Shown here piece by piece: positions 1-13,755 of a DNA stretch of 64,000 nucleotides. This stretch comes from Eledone cirrhosa (Eukaryota): assembly GCA_964016885.1 (NCBI GenBank), contig OZ024763.1, positions 20,026,001 to 20,090,000 on the forward strand, given 5' to 3'. The notes under the pieces were generated by a model. It was not told the DNA's origin. It saw nothing but the letters and a program-made list of their open reading frames with translations, and ran no database searches. The first letter of the stretch is position 1, and each line of letters starts with the position of its first letter. Both the position numbers and the translations under genes were made by a program.

Positions 1-186
1 AAAAGCACCCAGCACTCACTGTAAATGAGGTTGGTGTTAGGAAGGGCATCCAGCTGTAGAAATCAAGCCAAAACCAGTTCCCATATGAGCAAGACAAGGT
101 CAGCCGACCTAACATTGCCCACAACAGGACAACCTGTCTAACCCATGCTAGCGTGGAAGAATGGACGTAAAACAGTGATGATGATG
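1..186 (+). mobile_element. 3' part of a SINE/RTE-tail repeat ending in (GAT)n
   Basis: The core AAAAGCACCCAGCACTCACTGTAAATGAGGTTGGTGTTAGGAAGGGCATCCAGCTGTAGAAA recurs at ~36225 (+), ~55540 (-) and ~52020 (+). Confidence 0.7.
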
Positions 187-299
187 ATATATTGTATATA
201 TTGTATAAATATTGTGCATATATTGTATATATATGTTATGTCGATATGTTATATAGTGTATATATATTGTATATATATAATGTATATATAGTAGGATAG

Positions 300-950
300 C
301 AGGAAAACTACGTATGCAGTAGATGTTCAGGGAAATTTGACAGTAGAAGTCGCAATGATAGACACATTTTTCAAATGCAGGTAGGATCTATAGAGGTGGT
401 TGATAGCTTCCGATACCTGGGTGATCAGATTAGCAAGGGAGGAGGGTCCTCCGAGGCCATAATATCTAGGATAAGGATGGGTTGGAAGAAGTTTAGGGAG
501 CTGCTTCCTCTGTTGACAAAGAAGGGTTTCTCCCTACGAATGAAAGCCTGGTTATATGATGCCTATGTGAGATGTGCGATGCTGCATGGTAATGAGACAT
601 GGGCAGCAACTGTGGAGAATATGTGACAGATGGAGAGAAATGAAGCAAGCATGCTCCATTGGATGTGCAATGTCAATGTTCGTGAACGACCAAGCATATA
701 CGAGTTGAGAGAGAAACTGTGTATAAGAGAGATAAGCTGTAGTGTGCAGGAGGGAAGACTGTGATGGTATGGACATGTGATGTGCATGGAGGATAACCGC
801 TGAGTAAAGAAGTGCCAAGAAATGACCTAAGATCGCTGAAGCTCACGGAGGAGATGATGAAGGACCGTGACAAATGGAGAGATGCTGTGCTGAATAGGAC
901 CAGTCCCACCCTTGCAAGCAGGGAAAAGCGGACGTAAAATGATGATGATG
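300..950 (+). mobile_element. RTE-clade LINE fragment (RT C-terminus to 3' tail), decayed
   Basis: Translation IEVVDSFRYLGD...SRIRMGWKKFRELLPLL...MLHGNETW, then stops; ends in a (GAT)n tail. Confidence 0.85.
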
Positions 951-1554
951 TATGTTATATATTGTGTATATATTGTATATATATATATGTTATCATCATA
1001 TCATCATATGTATGTTATATATTGTATATATATTGTGTATATATGTTATATATTGTATATATTGTGTAAATATTTTATATATATTGTGCATATATTGTAT
1101 CTAGATGTTAAATATTGTATATATATATATATTGTGTATATATTGTATATATATATATTTTATCATCATATCATCATATGTATGTTATATATTGTATATA
1201 TTGTGTAAATATTTTATATATATTGTGCATATATTGTATATAGATGTTAAATATTGTATATATATATATATATATATATATTGTGTATATATGTTATTTA
1301 TATGTTAAATATTGTATATATATTCTACATATAACTTTAATAGGTTTTAGCCAGTATTGGCCCAGCCATGTCTAACTTAGTAGCTTCACTTAACGAAGCC
1401 TTTTAAATCAGGATTTGGGCACCATGGTCCACACAAATAGAGAGCTATTGGTTACAGAGACGTATCCGAGTGGAAGAGATTTGTCCGGGATTTCTTACAG
1501 AAATTTGTCCAAAAATTTTTTTTATTTAATGGGATCTGTTTCTGTTTTTTATGT

Positions 1555-1860
1555 GATTTGGTGTAATGGCCCAGTGGTAAGGGTTTGGTCTTACAATCAT
1601 AATGTCATGGGTTTGATTCCTGGACTGGGTTGTGTGTTGTGTTCTTGAGCAAAACACTTCATTTCATTTTGCTCCAGTATACTCAGCTGTAAATGAGTAT
1701 CAGTAATAGCTGGTGGTTTAACTCTGTGATGGACTGATGTCCTGTCCAAGGAGGTAGGGGGGGGGGGGCAGTTTTGTACTCTCAGTTGCCTCACACCATG
1801 AAACCAGTATAAGCACCGGCCAAATGAGCCTTCTGGCATGAGAAAGACTTTAAATACAGG
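1555..1860 (+). mobile_element. tRNA-derived SINE (family B head), diverged
   Basis: A-box/B-box-like TGGCCCAGTGG...GGTTTGATTCC followed by TTGAGCAA..CACTT..TTTCA..TTGCTCCAGT, shared with 36015-36355. Confidence 0.65.
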
Positions 1861-1884
1861 TATATGTCCACCCATATCCCATCC

Positions 1885-2200
1885 ATATCCGGTTGTTCCG
1901 GACTCTGAGGTAGGCAACACCAGGCAATGTCTGACAGCCGCTCTCCATGAATTTCTGTCCATAGTATCGACATTGGCCAAGTTCCATTTATACAAGTCAC
2001 TCTTCACGCACTCCAACCGCGTCTTCCTTGGTCTGCCGCGATCTCTAGTGCCAGGGATTGCCAAGTGAGTGATGGAGTTGATGCATGACGTGGCTGGCTC
2101 ACTGTACATGTCCTTACCAACGGAGATGATGTGGGCAAAGGACAGCAGTGATCTCATCCACACCCAGCTTCTGGTGGAACACAGTCGAAGGGGTCTCATC
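1885..2200 (-). mobile_element. RTE-type LINE 3' fragment
   Basis: Minus-strand GTRDRGRPRKTRLECVKSDL...DRNSWR motif, typical of the RTE ORF C-terminus. Confidence 0.75.
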
Positions 2201-2259
2201 TTTCAGTATGTCTAAATCTTTATTTCTCTAAGAATATATGTTCTCTATATTACAGAGAT

Positions 2260-2447
2260 AATTGTTTCTACTTTTGGCACAAGGCCAGCAATTACCCAGT
2301 ACATTACTGGTACTTTATTCTATCGACCCCGTAAGGATGAAAGGCAAAGTTAACCTCGGCGAAATTTGAACTCAGATCATAAAGGGACGCAACTCTATGC
2401 TTCAAAGCACGGCGTCCGACCCTCTACCAATACTGCCAATCCACCGC
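2260..2447 (-). mobile_element. tRNA-derived SINE (family A) inserted in the first 79-bp unit, with target-site duplication
   Basis: Matches copies at 26520, 35110, 38910 and 62070; flanked by (C)AGAGATAAT at 2253-2262 and 2447-2456. Confidence 0.85.
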
Positions 2448-5400
2448 AGAGATAATATTTTAGAGTTGGCTGTGTTTTATATGTCTAAATCTTGGGTTCT
2501 ATAATAATATATATTGTCTATATTACAGAGATAATATTTTAGAGTTGGCTGTGTTTTATATGTCTAAATCTTGGGTTCTATAATAATATATATTGTCTAT
2601 ATTACAGAGATAATATTTTAGAGTTGACTGTGTTTTATATGTCTAAATCTTGGGTTCTATAATAATATATATTGTCTATATTACAGAGATAATATTTTAG
2701 AGTTGGCTGTGTTTTATATGTCTAAATCTTGGGTTCTATAATAATATATATTGTCTATATTACAGAGATAATATTTTAGAGTTGGCTGTGTTTTATATGT
2801 CTAAATCTTGGGTTCTATAATAATATATATTGTCTATATTACAGAGATAATATTTTAGAGTTGACTGTGTTTTATATGTCTAAATCTTGGGTTCTATAAT
2901 AATATATATTGTCTATATTACAGAGATAATATTTTAGAGTTGGCTGTGTTTTATATGTCTAAATCTTGGGTTCTATAATAATATATATTGTCTATATTAC
3001 AGAGATAATATTTTAGAGTTGACTGTGTTTTATATGTCTAAATCTTGGGTTCTATAATAATATATATTGTCTATATTACAGAGATAATATTTTAGAGTTG
3101 GCTGTGTTTTATATGTCTAAATCTTGGGTTCTATAATAATATATATTGTCTATATTACAGAGATAATATTTTAGAGTTGGCTGTGTTTTATATGTCTAAA
3201 TCTTGGGTTCTATAATAATATATATTGTCTATATTACAGAGATAATATTTTAGAGTTGACTGTGTTTTATATGTCTAAATCTTGGTTTCTATAATAATAT
3301 ATATTGTCTATATTACAGAGATAATATTTTAGAGTTGGCTGTGTTTTATATGTCTAAATCTTAGTTTCTATAATAATATATATTGTCTATATTACAGAGA
3401 TAATATTTTAGAGTTGGCTGTGTTTTATATGTCTAAATCTTGGGTTCTATAATAATATATATTGTCTATATTACAGAGATAATATTTTAGAGTTGGCTGT
3501 GTTTTATATGTCTAAATCTTAGTTTCTATAATAATATATATTGTCTATATTACAGAGATAATATTTTAGAGTTGGCTGTGTTTTATATGTCTAAATCTTA
3601 GTTTCTATAATAATATATATTGTCTATATTACAGAGATAATATTTTAGAGTTGACTGTGTTTTATATGTCTAAATCTTGGGTTCTATAATAATATATATT
3701 GTCTATATTACAGAGATAATATTTTAGAGTTGGCTGTGTTTTATATGTCTAAATCTTGGTTTCTATAATAATATATATTGTCTATATTACAGAGATAATA
3801 TTTTAGAGTTGGCTGTGTTTTATATGTCTAAATCTTGGTTTCTATAATAATATATATTGTCTATATTACAGAGATAATATTTTAGAGTTGGCTGTGTTTT
3901 ATATGTCTAAATCTTGGTTTCTATAATAATATATATTGTCTATATTACAGAGATAATATTTTAGAGTTGGCTGTGTTTTATATGTCTAAATCTTGGTTTC
4001 TATAATAATATATATTGTCTATATTACAGAGATAATATTTTAGAGTTGGCTGTGTTTTATATGTCTAAATCTTGGTTTCTATAATAATATATATTGTCTA
4101 TATTACAGAGATAATATTTTAGAGTTGGCTGTGTTTTATATGTCTAAATCTTGGTTTCTATAATAATATATATTGTCTATATTACAGAGATAATATTTTA
4201 GAGTTGGCTGTGTTTTATATGTCTAAATCTTGGTTTCTATAATAATATATATTGTCTATATTACAGAGATAATATTTTAGAGTTGGCTGTGTTTTATATG
4301 TCTAAATCTTAGTTTCTATAATAATATATATTGTCTATATTACAGAGATAATATTTTAGAGTTGGCTGTGTTTTATATGTCTAAATCTTGGTTTCTATAA
4401 TAATATATATTGTCTATATTACAGAGATAATATTTTAGAGTTGGCTGTGTTTTATATGTCTAAATCTTAGTTTCTATAATAATATATATTGTCTATATTA
4501 CAGAGATAATATTTTAGAGTTGGCTGTGTTTTATATGTCTAAATCTTAGTTTCTATAATAATATATATTGTCTACATTACAGAGATAATATTTTAGAGTT
4601 GGCTGTGCTTTATATGTCTAAATCTTAGTTTCTATAATAATATATATTGTCTACATTACAGAGATAATATTTTAGAGTTGGCTGTGTTTTATATGTCTAA
4701 ATCTTGGTTTCTATAATAATATATATTGTCTATATTACAGAGATAATATTTTAGAGTTGGCTGTGTTTTATATGTCTAAATCTTGGTTTCTATAATTATA
4801 TTACAGAGATAATATTTTAGAGTTGGCTGTGTTTTATATGTCTAAATCTTAGTTTCTATAATAATATATATTGTCTATATTACAGAGATAATATTTTAGA
4901 GTTGACTGTGTTTTATATGTCTAAATCTTGGTTTCTATAATAATATATATTGTCTATATTACAGAGATAATATTTTAGAGTTGGCTGTGTCTTATATGTC
5001 TAAATCTTAGTTTCTATAATAATATATATTGTCTACATTACAGAGATAATATTTTAGAGTTGGCTGTGTTTTATATGTCTAAATCTTGGTTTCTATAATA
5101 ATATATATTGTCTATATTACAGAGATAATATTTTAGAGTTGACTGTGTTTTATATGTCTTAATCTTGGTTTCTATAATAATATATATTGTCTATATTACA
5201 GAGATAATATTTTAGAGTTGGCTGTGTTTTATATGTCTAAATCTTAGTTTCTATAATAATATATATTGTCTATATTACAGAGATAATATTTTAGAGTTGG
5301 CTATGATTTATATGTCTAAATCTTAGTTTCTATAATAATATATATTGTCTATATTACAGAGATAATATTTCAGAGTTGGCTGTGTTTTATATGTCTAAAT

Positions 5401-8400
5401 CTTGGTTTCTATAATAATATATATTGTCTATATTACAGAGATAATATTTTAGAGTTGGCTATGATTTATATGTCTAAATCTTAGTTTCTATAATAATATA
5501 TATTGTCTATATTACAGAGATAATATTTTAGAGTTGGCTGTGTTTTATATGTCTAAATCTTGGTTTCTATAATAATATATATTGTCTATATTACAGAGAT
5601 AATATTTTAGAGTTGGCTGTGTTTTATATGTCTAAATCTTAGTTTCTATAATAATATATATTGTCTATATTACAGAGATAATATTTTAGAGTTGGCTGTG
5701 TTTTATATGTCTAAATCTTAGTTTCTATAATAATATATATTGTCTATATTACAGAGATAACATTTTAGAGTTGGCTGTTTTATATGTCTAAATCTTAGTT
5801 TCTATAATAATATATATTGTCTATATTACAGAGATAATATTTTAGAGCTGGCTGTGTTTTATATGTCTAAATCTTAGTTTCTATAATAATATATATTGTC
5901 TATATTACAGAGATAATATTTTAGAGTTGGCTGTGTTTCATATGTCTAAATCTTGGTTTCTATAATAATATATATTGTCTATATTACAGAGATAATATTT
6001 TAGAGTTGGCTGTGTTTTATATGTCTAAATCTTAGTTTCTATAATAATATATATTGTCTATATTACAGAGATAATATTTTAGAGTTGGCTGTGTTTTATA
6101 TGTCTAAATCTTAGTTTCTATAATAATATATATTGTCTATATTACAGAGATAATATTTTAGAGTTGGCTGTGTTTTATATGTCTAAATCTTAGTTTCTAT
6201 AATAATATATATTATCTATATTACAGAGATAATATTTTAGAGTTGGCTGTGTTTTATATGTCTAAATCTTAGTTTCTATAATAATATATATTGTCTATAT
6301 TACAGAGATAATATTTTAGAGTTGGCTCTGTTTTATATGTCTAAATCTTGGTTTCTATAATAATATATATTGTCTATATTACAGAGATAATATTTTAGAG
6401 TTGGCTGTGTTTTATATGTCTAAATCTTAGTTTCTATAATAATATATATTGTCTATATTACAGAGATAATATTTTAGAGTTGGCTGTGTTTTATATGTCT
6501 AAATCTTGGTTTCTATAATAATATATATTGTCTATATTACAGAGATAATATTTCAGAGTTGGCTGTGTTTTATATGTCTAAATCTTGGTTTCTATAATAA
6601 TATATATTGTCTATATTACAGAGATAATATTTTAGAGTTGGCTATGATTTATATGTCTAAATCTTAGTTTCTATAATAATATATATTGTCTATATTACAG
6701 AGATAATATTTTAGAGTTGGCTGTGTTTTATATGTCTAAATCTTGGTTTCTATAATAATATATATTGTCTATATTACAGAGATAATATTTTAAAGTTGGC
6801 TGTGTTTTATATGTCTAAATCTTGGGTTCTATAATAATATATATTGTCTATATTACAGAGATAATATTTTAGAGTTGGCTGTGTTTTATATGTCTAAATC
6901 TTGGGTTCTATAATAATATATATTGTCTATATTACAGAGATAATATTTTAGAGTTGGCTGTGTTTTATATGTCTAAATCTTGGGTTCTATAATAATATAT
7001 ATTGTCTATATTACAGAGATAATATTTTAGAGTTGGCTGTGTTTTATATGTCTAAATCTTAGTTTCTATAATAATATATATATTGTCTATATTACAGAGA
7101 TAATATTTTAGAGTTGACTGTGTTTTATATGTCTAAATCTTGGGTTCTATAATAATATATATTGTCTATATTACAGAGATAATATTTTAGAGTTGGCTGT
7201 GTTTTATATATCTAAATCTTAGTTTCTATAATAATATATATTGTCTATATTACAGAGATAATATTTTAGAGTTGGCTGTGTTTTATATGTCTAAATCTTA
7301 GTTTCTATAATAATATATATTGTCTATATTACAGAGATAATATTTTAGAGTTGGCTGTGTTTTATATGTCTAAATCTTAGTTTCTATAATAATATATATT
7401 GTCTATATTACAGAGATAATATTTTAGAGTTGACTGTGTTTTATATGTCTAAATCTTGGGTTCTATAATAATATATATTGTCTATATTACAGAGATAATA
7501 TTTTAGAGTTGGCTGTGTTTTATATGTCTAAATCTTGGGTTCTATAATAATATATATTGTCTATATTACAGAGATAATATTTTAGAGTTGGCTGTGTTTT
7601 ATATGTCTAAATCTTAGTTTCTATAATAATATATATTGTCTATATTACAGAGATAATATTTTAGAGTTGGCTGTGTCTTATATGTCTAAATCTTAGTTTC
7701 TATAATAATATATATTGTCTATATTACAGAGATAATATTTTAGAGTTGGCTGTGTTTTATATGTCTAAATCTTAGTTTCTATAATAATATATATTGTCTA
7801 TATTACAGAGATAATATTTTAGAGTTGGCTGTGTTTTATATGTCTAAATCTTGGTTTCTATAATTATATTACAGAGATAATATTTTAGAGTTGGCTGTGT
7901 TTTATATGTCTAAATCTTAGTTTCTATAATAATATATATTGTCTATATTACAGAGATAATATTTTAGAGTTGGCTGTGTTTTATATGTCTAAATCTTGGT
8001 TTCTATAATAATATATATTGTCTATATTACAGAGATAATATTTTAGAGTTGGCTGTGTTTTATATGTCTAAATCTTAGTTTCTATAATAATATATATTGT
8101 CTATATTACAGAGATAATATTTTAGAGTTGGCTGTGTTTTATATGTCTAAATCTTGGTTTCTATAATAATATATATTGTCTATATTACAGAGATAATATT
8201 TTAGAGTTGGCTGTGTTTTATATGTCTAAATCTTGGGTTCTATAATAATATATATTGTCTATATTACAGAGATAATATTTTAGAGTTGACTGTGTTTTAT
8301 ATGTCTAAATCTTGGGTTCTATAATAATATATATTGTCTATATTACAGAGATAATATTTTAGAGTTGGCTGTGTTTTATATGTCTAAATCTTAGTTTCTA

Positions 8401-11400
8401 TAATAATATATATTGTCTATATTACAGAGATAATATTTTAGAGTTGGCTGTGTTTTATATGTCTAAATCTTGGTTTCTATAATAATATATATTGTCTATA
8501 TTACAGAGATAATATTTTAGAGTTGGCTGTGTTTTATATGTCTAAATCTTGGTTTCTATAATAATATATATTGTCTATATTACAGAGATAATATTTTAGA
8601 GTTGGCTGTGTTTTATATGTCTAAATCTTAGTTTCTATAATAATATATATTGTCTATATTACAGAGATAATATTTTAGAGTTGGCTGTGTTTTATATGTC
8701 TAAATCTTAGTTTCCATAATAATATATATTGTCTATATTACAGAGATAATATTTTAGAGTTGGCTGTTTTATATGTCTAAATCTTAGTTTCTATAATAAT
8801 ATATATTGTCTATATTACAGAGATAATATTTTAGAGCTGGCTGTGTTTTATATGTCTAAATCTTAGTTTCTATAATAATATATATTGTCTATATTACAGA
8901 GATAATATTTTAGAGTTGGCTGTGTTTTATATGTCTAAATCTTAGTTTCTATAATAATATATATTGTCTATATTACAGAGATAATATTTTAGAGTTGGCC
9001 GTGTTTTATATGTCTAAATCTTGGGTTCTATAATAATATATATTGTCTATATTACAGAGATAATATTTTAGAGTTGGCTGTGTTTTATATGTCTAAATCT
9101 TGGGTTCTATAATAATATATATTGTCTATATTACAGAGATAATATTTTAGAGTTGGCTGTGTTTTATATGTCTAAATCTTGGTTTCTATAATAATATATA
9201 TTGTCTATATTACAGAGATAATATTTTAGAGTTGGCTGTGTTTTATATGTCTAAATCTTGGTTTCTATAATAATATATATTGTCTATATTACAGAGATAA
9301 TATTTTAGAGTTGGCTGTGTTTTATATGTCTAAATCTTGGGTTCTATAATAATATATATTGTCTATATTACAGAGATAATATTTTAGAGTTGGCTGTGTT
9401 TTATATGTCTAAATCTTGGGTTCTATAATAATATATATTGTCTATATTACAGAGATAATATTTTAGAGTTGGCTGTGTTTTATATGTCTAAATCTTGGGT
9501 TCTATAATAATATATATTGTCTATATTACAGAGATAATATTTTAGAGTTGGCTGTGTTTTATATGTCTAAATCTTGGTTTCTATAATAATATATATTGTC
9601 TATATTACAGAGATAATATTTTAGAGTTGGCTGTGTTTTATATGTCTAAATCTTAGTTTCTATAATAATATATATTGTCTATATTACAGAGATAATATTT
9701 TAGAGTTGGCTGTGTTTTATATGTCTAAATCTTAGTTTCTATAATAATATATATTGTCTATATTACAGAGATAATATTTTAGAGTTGGCTGTGTTTTATA
9801 TGTCTAAATCTTAGTTTCTATAATAATATATATTGTCTATATTACAGAGATAATATTTTAGAGTTGGCTGTGTTTTATATGTCTAAATCTTGGTTTCTAT
9901 AATAATATATATTGTCTATATTACAGAGATAATATTTTAGAGTTGGCTGTGTTTTATATGTCTAAATCTTAGTTTCTATAATAATATATATTGTCTATAT
10001 TACAGAGATAATATTTTAGAGTTGGCTGTGTTTTATATGTCTAAATCTTAGTTTCTATAATAATATATATTGTCTATATTACAGAGATAATATTTTAGAG
10101 TTGGCTGTGTTTTATATGTCTAAATCTTGGGTTCTATAATAATATATATTGTCTATATTACAGAGATAATATTTTAGAGTTGGCTGTGTTTTATATGTCT
10201 AAATCTTGGGTTCTATAATAATATATATTGTCTATATTACAGAGATAATATTTTAGAGTTGGCTGTGCTTTATATGTCTAAATCTTGGGTTCTATAATAA
10301 TATATATTGTCTATATTACAGAGATAATATTTTAGAGTTGGCTGTGTTTTATATGTCTAAATCTTGGTTTCTATAATAATATATATTGTCTATATTACAG
10401 AGATAATATTTTAGAGTTGGCTGTGTTTTATATGTCTAAATCTTAGTTTCTATAATAATATATATTGTCTATATTACAGAGATAATATTTTAGAGTTGGC
10501 TGTGTTTTATATGTCTAAATCTTAGTTTCTATAATAATATATATTGTCTATATTACAGAGATAATATTTTAGAGTTGGCTGTGTTTTATATGTCTAAATC
10601 TTAGTTTCTATAATAATATATATTGTCTATATTACAGAGATAATATTTTAGATTTGGCTGTGTTTTATATGTCTAAATCTTAGTTTCTATAATAATATAT
10701 ATTGTCTATATTACAGAGATAATATTTTAGAGTTGACTGTGTTTTATATGTCTAAATCTTGGTTTCTATAATAATATATATTGTCTATATTACAGAGATA
10801 ATATTTTAGAGTTGGCTGTGTTTTATGTCTAAATCTTAGTTTCTATAATAATATATATTGTCTATATTACAGAGATAATATTTTAGAGTTGGCTGTGTTT
10901 TATATGTCTAAATCTTAGTTTCTATAATAATATATATTGTCTATATTACAGAGATAATATTTTAGAGTTGGCTGTGATTTATATGTCTAAATCTTAGTTT
11001 CTATAATAATATATATTGTCTATATTACAGAGATAATATTTTAGTGTTGGCTGTGTTTTATATGTCTAAATCTTAGTTTCTATAATAATATATATTGTCT
11101 ATATTACAGAGATAATATTTTAGATTTGGCTGTGTTTTATATGTCTAAATCTTAGTTTCTATAATAATATATATTGTCTATATTACAGAGATAATATTTT
11201 AGAGTTGACTGTGTTTTATATGTCTAAATCTTGGTTTCTATAATAATATATATTGTCTATATTACAGAGATAATATTTTAGAGTTGGCTGTGTTTTATGT
11301 CTAAATCTTAGTTTCTATAATAATATATATTGTCTATATTACAGAGATAATATTTTAGAGTTGGCTGTGTTTTATATGTCTAAATCTTAGTTTCTATAAT

Positions 11401-12637
11401 AATATATATTGTCTATATTACAGAGATAATATTTTAGAGTTGGCTGTGATTTATATGTCTAAATCTTAGTTTCTATAATAATATATATTGTCTATATTAC
11501 AGAGATAATATTTTAGAGTTGGCTGTGTTTTATATGTCTAAATCTTAGTTTCTATAATAATATATATTGTCTATATTACAGAGATAATATTTTAGATTTG
11601 GCTGTGTTTTATATGTCTAAATCTTAGTTTCTATAATAATATATATTGTCTATATTACAGAGATAATATTTTAGAGTTGACTGTGTTTTATATGTCTAAA
11701 TCTTGGTTTCTATAATAATATATATTGTCTATATTACAGAGATAATATTTTAGAGTTGGCTGTGTTTTATGTCTAAATCTTAGTTTCTATAATAATATAT
11801 ATTGTCTATATTACAGAGATAATATTTTAGAGTTGGCTGTGTTTTATATGTCTAAATCTTAGTTTCTATAATAATATATATTGTCTATATTACAGAGATA
11901 ATATTTTAGAGTTGGCTGTGTTTTATATGTCTAAATCTTAGTTTCTATAATAATATATATTGTCTATATTACAGAGATAATATTTTAGAGTTGGCTGTGA
12001 TTTATATGTCTAAATCTTAGTTTCTATAATAATATATATTGTCTATATTACAGAGATAATATTTTAGATTTGGCTGTGTTTTATATGTCTAAATCTTAGT
12101 TTCTATAATAATATATATTGTCTATATTACAGAGATAATATTTTAGAGTTGGCTGTGTTTTATATGTCTAAATCTTAGTTTCTATAATAATATATATTGT
12201 CTATATTACAGAGATAATATTTTAGAGTTGGCTGTGTTTTATATGTCTAAATCTTAGTTTCTATAATAATATATATTGTCTATATTACAGAGATAATATT
12301 TTAGAGTTGGCTGTGTTTTATATGTCTAAATCTTAGTTTCTATAATAATATATATTGTCTATATTACAGAGATAATATTTTAGAGTTGGCTGTGTTTTAT
12401 ATGTCTAAATCTTAGTTTCTATAATAATATATATTGTCTATATTACAGAGATAATATTTTAGAGTTGGCTGTGTTTTATATGTCTAAATCTTAGTTTCTA
12501 TAATAATATATATTGTCTATATTACAGAGATAATATTTTAGAGTTGGCTGTGATTTATATGTCTAAATCTTAGTTTCTATAATAATATATATTGTCTATA
12601 TTACAGAGATAATATTTTAGAGTTGGCTGTGTTTTAT
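2448..12637 (+). repeat. 79-bp tandem array (~129 copies) of the DEG/ENaC intron-end/acceptor/exon-start junction
   Basis: Period 79 (TAGAGTTGGC at 2461 and 2540). Unit ATGTCTAAATCTTRGKTTCTATAATAATATATATTGTCTATATTACAG|AGATAATATTTTAGAGTTGGCTGTGTTTTAT. A diverged partial unit lies at 2207-2262. Confidence 0.97.
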
Positions 12638-12698
12638 CGAGAACTCAGTTACGAAGAAATTAAACACCAAATAGGCTATTACTTTTTTTCCCTCCTCT
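12607..12698 (+). CDS. DEG/ENaC (ASIC-like) sodium channel, penultimate coding exon
   Basis: ttacag|A GAT AAT...CTC CTC T|gtaagt; encodes DNILELAVFYRELSYEEIKHQIGYYFFSLL, resembling the ASIC pre-TM2 segment (NILVLDIFFE.LNYETIEQKKAYE..GLL); phase is compatible with the next exon. Confidence 0.9.
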
Positions 12699-12744
12699 GT
12701 AAGTTGTTGTTATTTTTGTTATTCATTCTTTTTCTAAAACAAAT

Positions 12745-12783
<39 letters not shown>

Positions 12784-13019
12784 TTCAGTTTCTCTCTCTA
12801 TATATATATATCTCTCTGCCTCTCTCTCTGTCTTTCTCTTTCTCTCTCTGTTTTTCGCTCTCTCCTCTCCACTCTTCTGCAAAAGCCTCTCTTCTCTCCT
12901 TATTCTATCTTCCAATGAAGGACTAACATCCGAAATGTCAACACTCTTTTTTTAATATATACATGGAGGGAGTTTGTAATGCAGAAGACCCGTCTAACTG
13001 AAGTGAGCATGGAAAAGCA

Positions 13020-13755
13020 GATGTATGATGATGATGATAATGATGACGATGACAACAGGGAAGATGAAATGATAACAATAATGACGATGATGACGATAAT
13101 GATGATGATGATAACGATGACAATGGTGACTATAGTAGTGGTAGTGGTGGTGGGGGCAGTGATAACAATGAGATGACAATAATGGTGGTGGTGGTGGTGG
13201 TGGTGGCAACGGGGGCGATGATGATGGTGGTGGTGGTGGTGGTGGTGGTGCCAATGATGATGGAAGTGGTGGTGGTGGTAGTGGCAATGATGGTGGTGGT
13301 AGTGGTGGTGGTGGTGGTGGTGGTGGTGATGGTGGTAGCAGTGGCAATGACGGTAATGATGATGATGATGATAGTGGTGGTAGTGGTGGTGTTGGTGGTG
13401 GTAGTAGTAGCAATGACGGTAATAATGATGATGATGATGGTGGTAGTGGTGGTGGTGTTGGTGGTGGTGGTAGTAGTAGCAATGACGGTAATAATGATGA
13501 TGATGATGATGGTGGTGGTAGTGGTGGTGGTGGTAGTAGTGGTAGTAGTAGCAATGACGGTAATGATGATGATGATGATGGTGGTGGTAGTGGTGGTGGT
13601 GGTGGTAGTAGTGGTAGTAGTGGCAATGATGATAGTGGTGGTAGTGGTGGTGGTGGTAGTAGTAGCAATTACGGTAATGATGATGATGATGGTAATGATG
13701 ATGATGATGGTGGTGGTGGTGTGTTTTGCTCTGTATGATCATCATCATCATCATC
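13020..13755. repeat. Compound (ATG)n/(GTG)n/(GTA)n trinucleotide low-complexity tract (intronic)
   Basis: Direct inspection; recurring GCAATGACGGTAAT sub-unit. Confidence 0.9.

Noticed and set aside
1415-1648. 77-aa ORF as an upstream DEG/ENaC exon
   Set aside because: No recognisable DEG/ENaC motif or clean splice pair, and it runs into a SINE; upstream exons probably lie outside the window.
2448-12637. CRISPR array interpretation of the long tandem arrays
   Set aside because: No unique spacers, no cas genes, and a eukaryotic context.
12908-12945. Possible hammerhead CCAATGAAGGA..TCCGAAATGTC
   Set aside because: Core is not CUGANGA and stem I is unclear; at most a decayed remnant.
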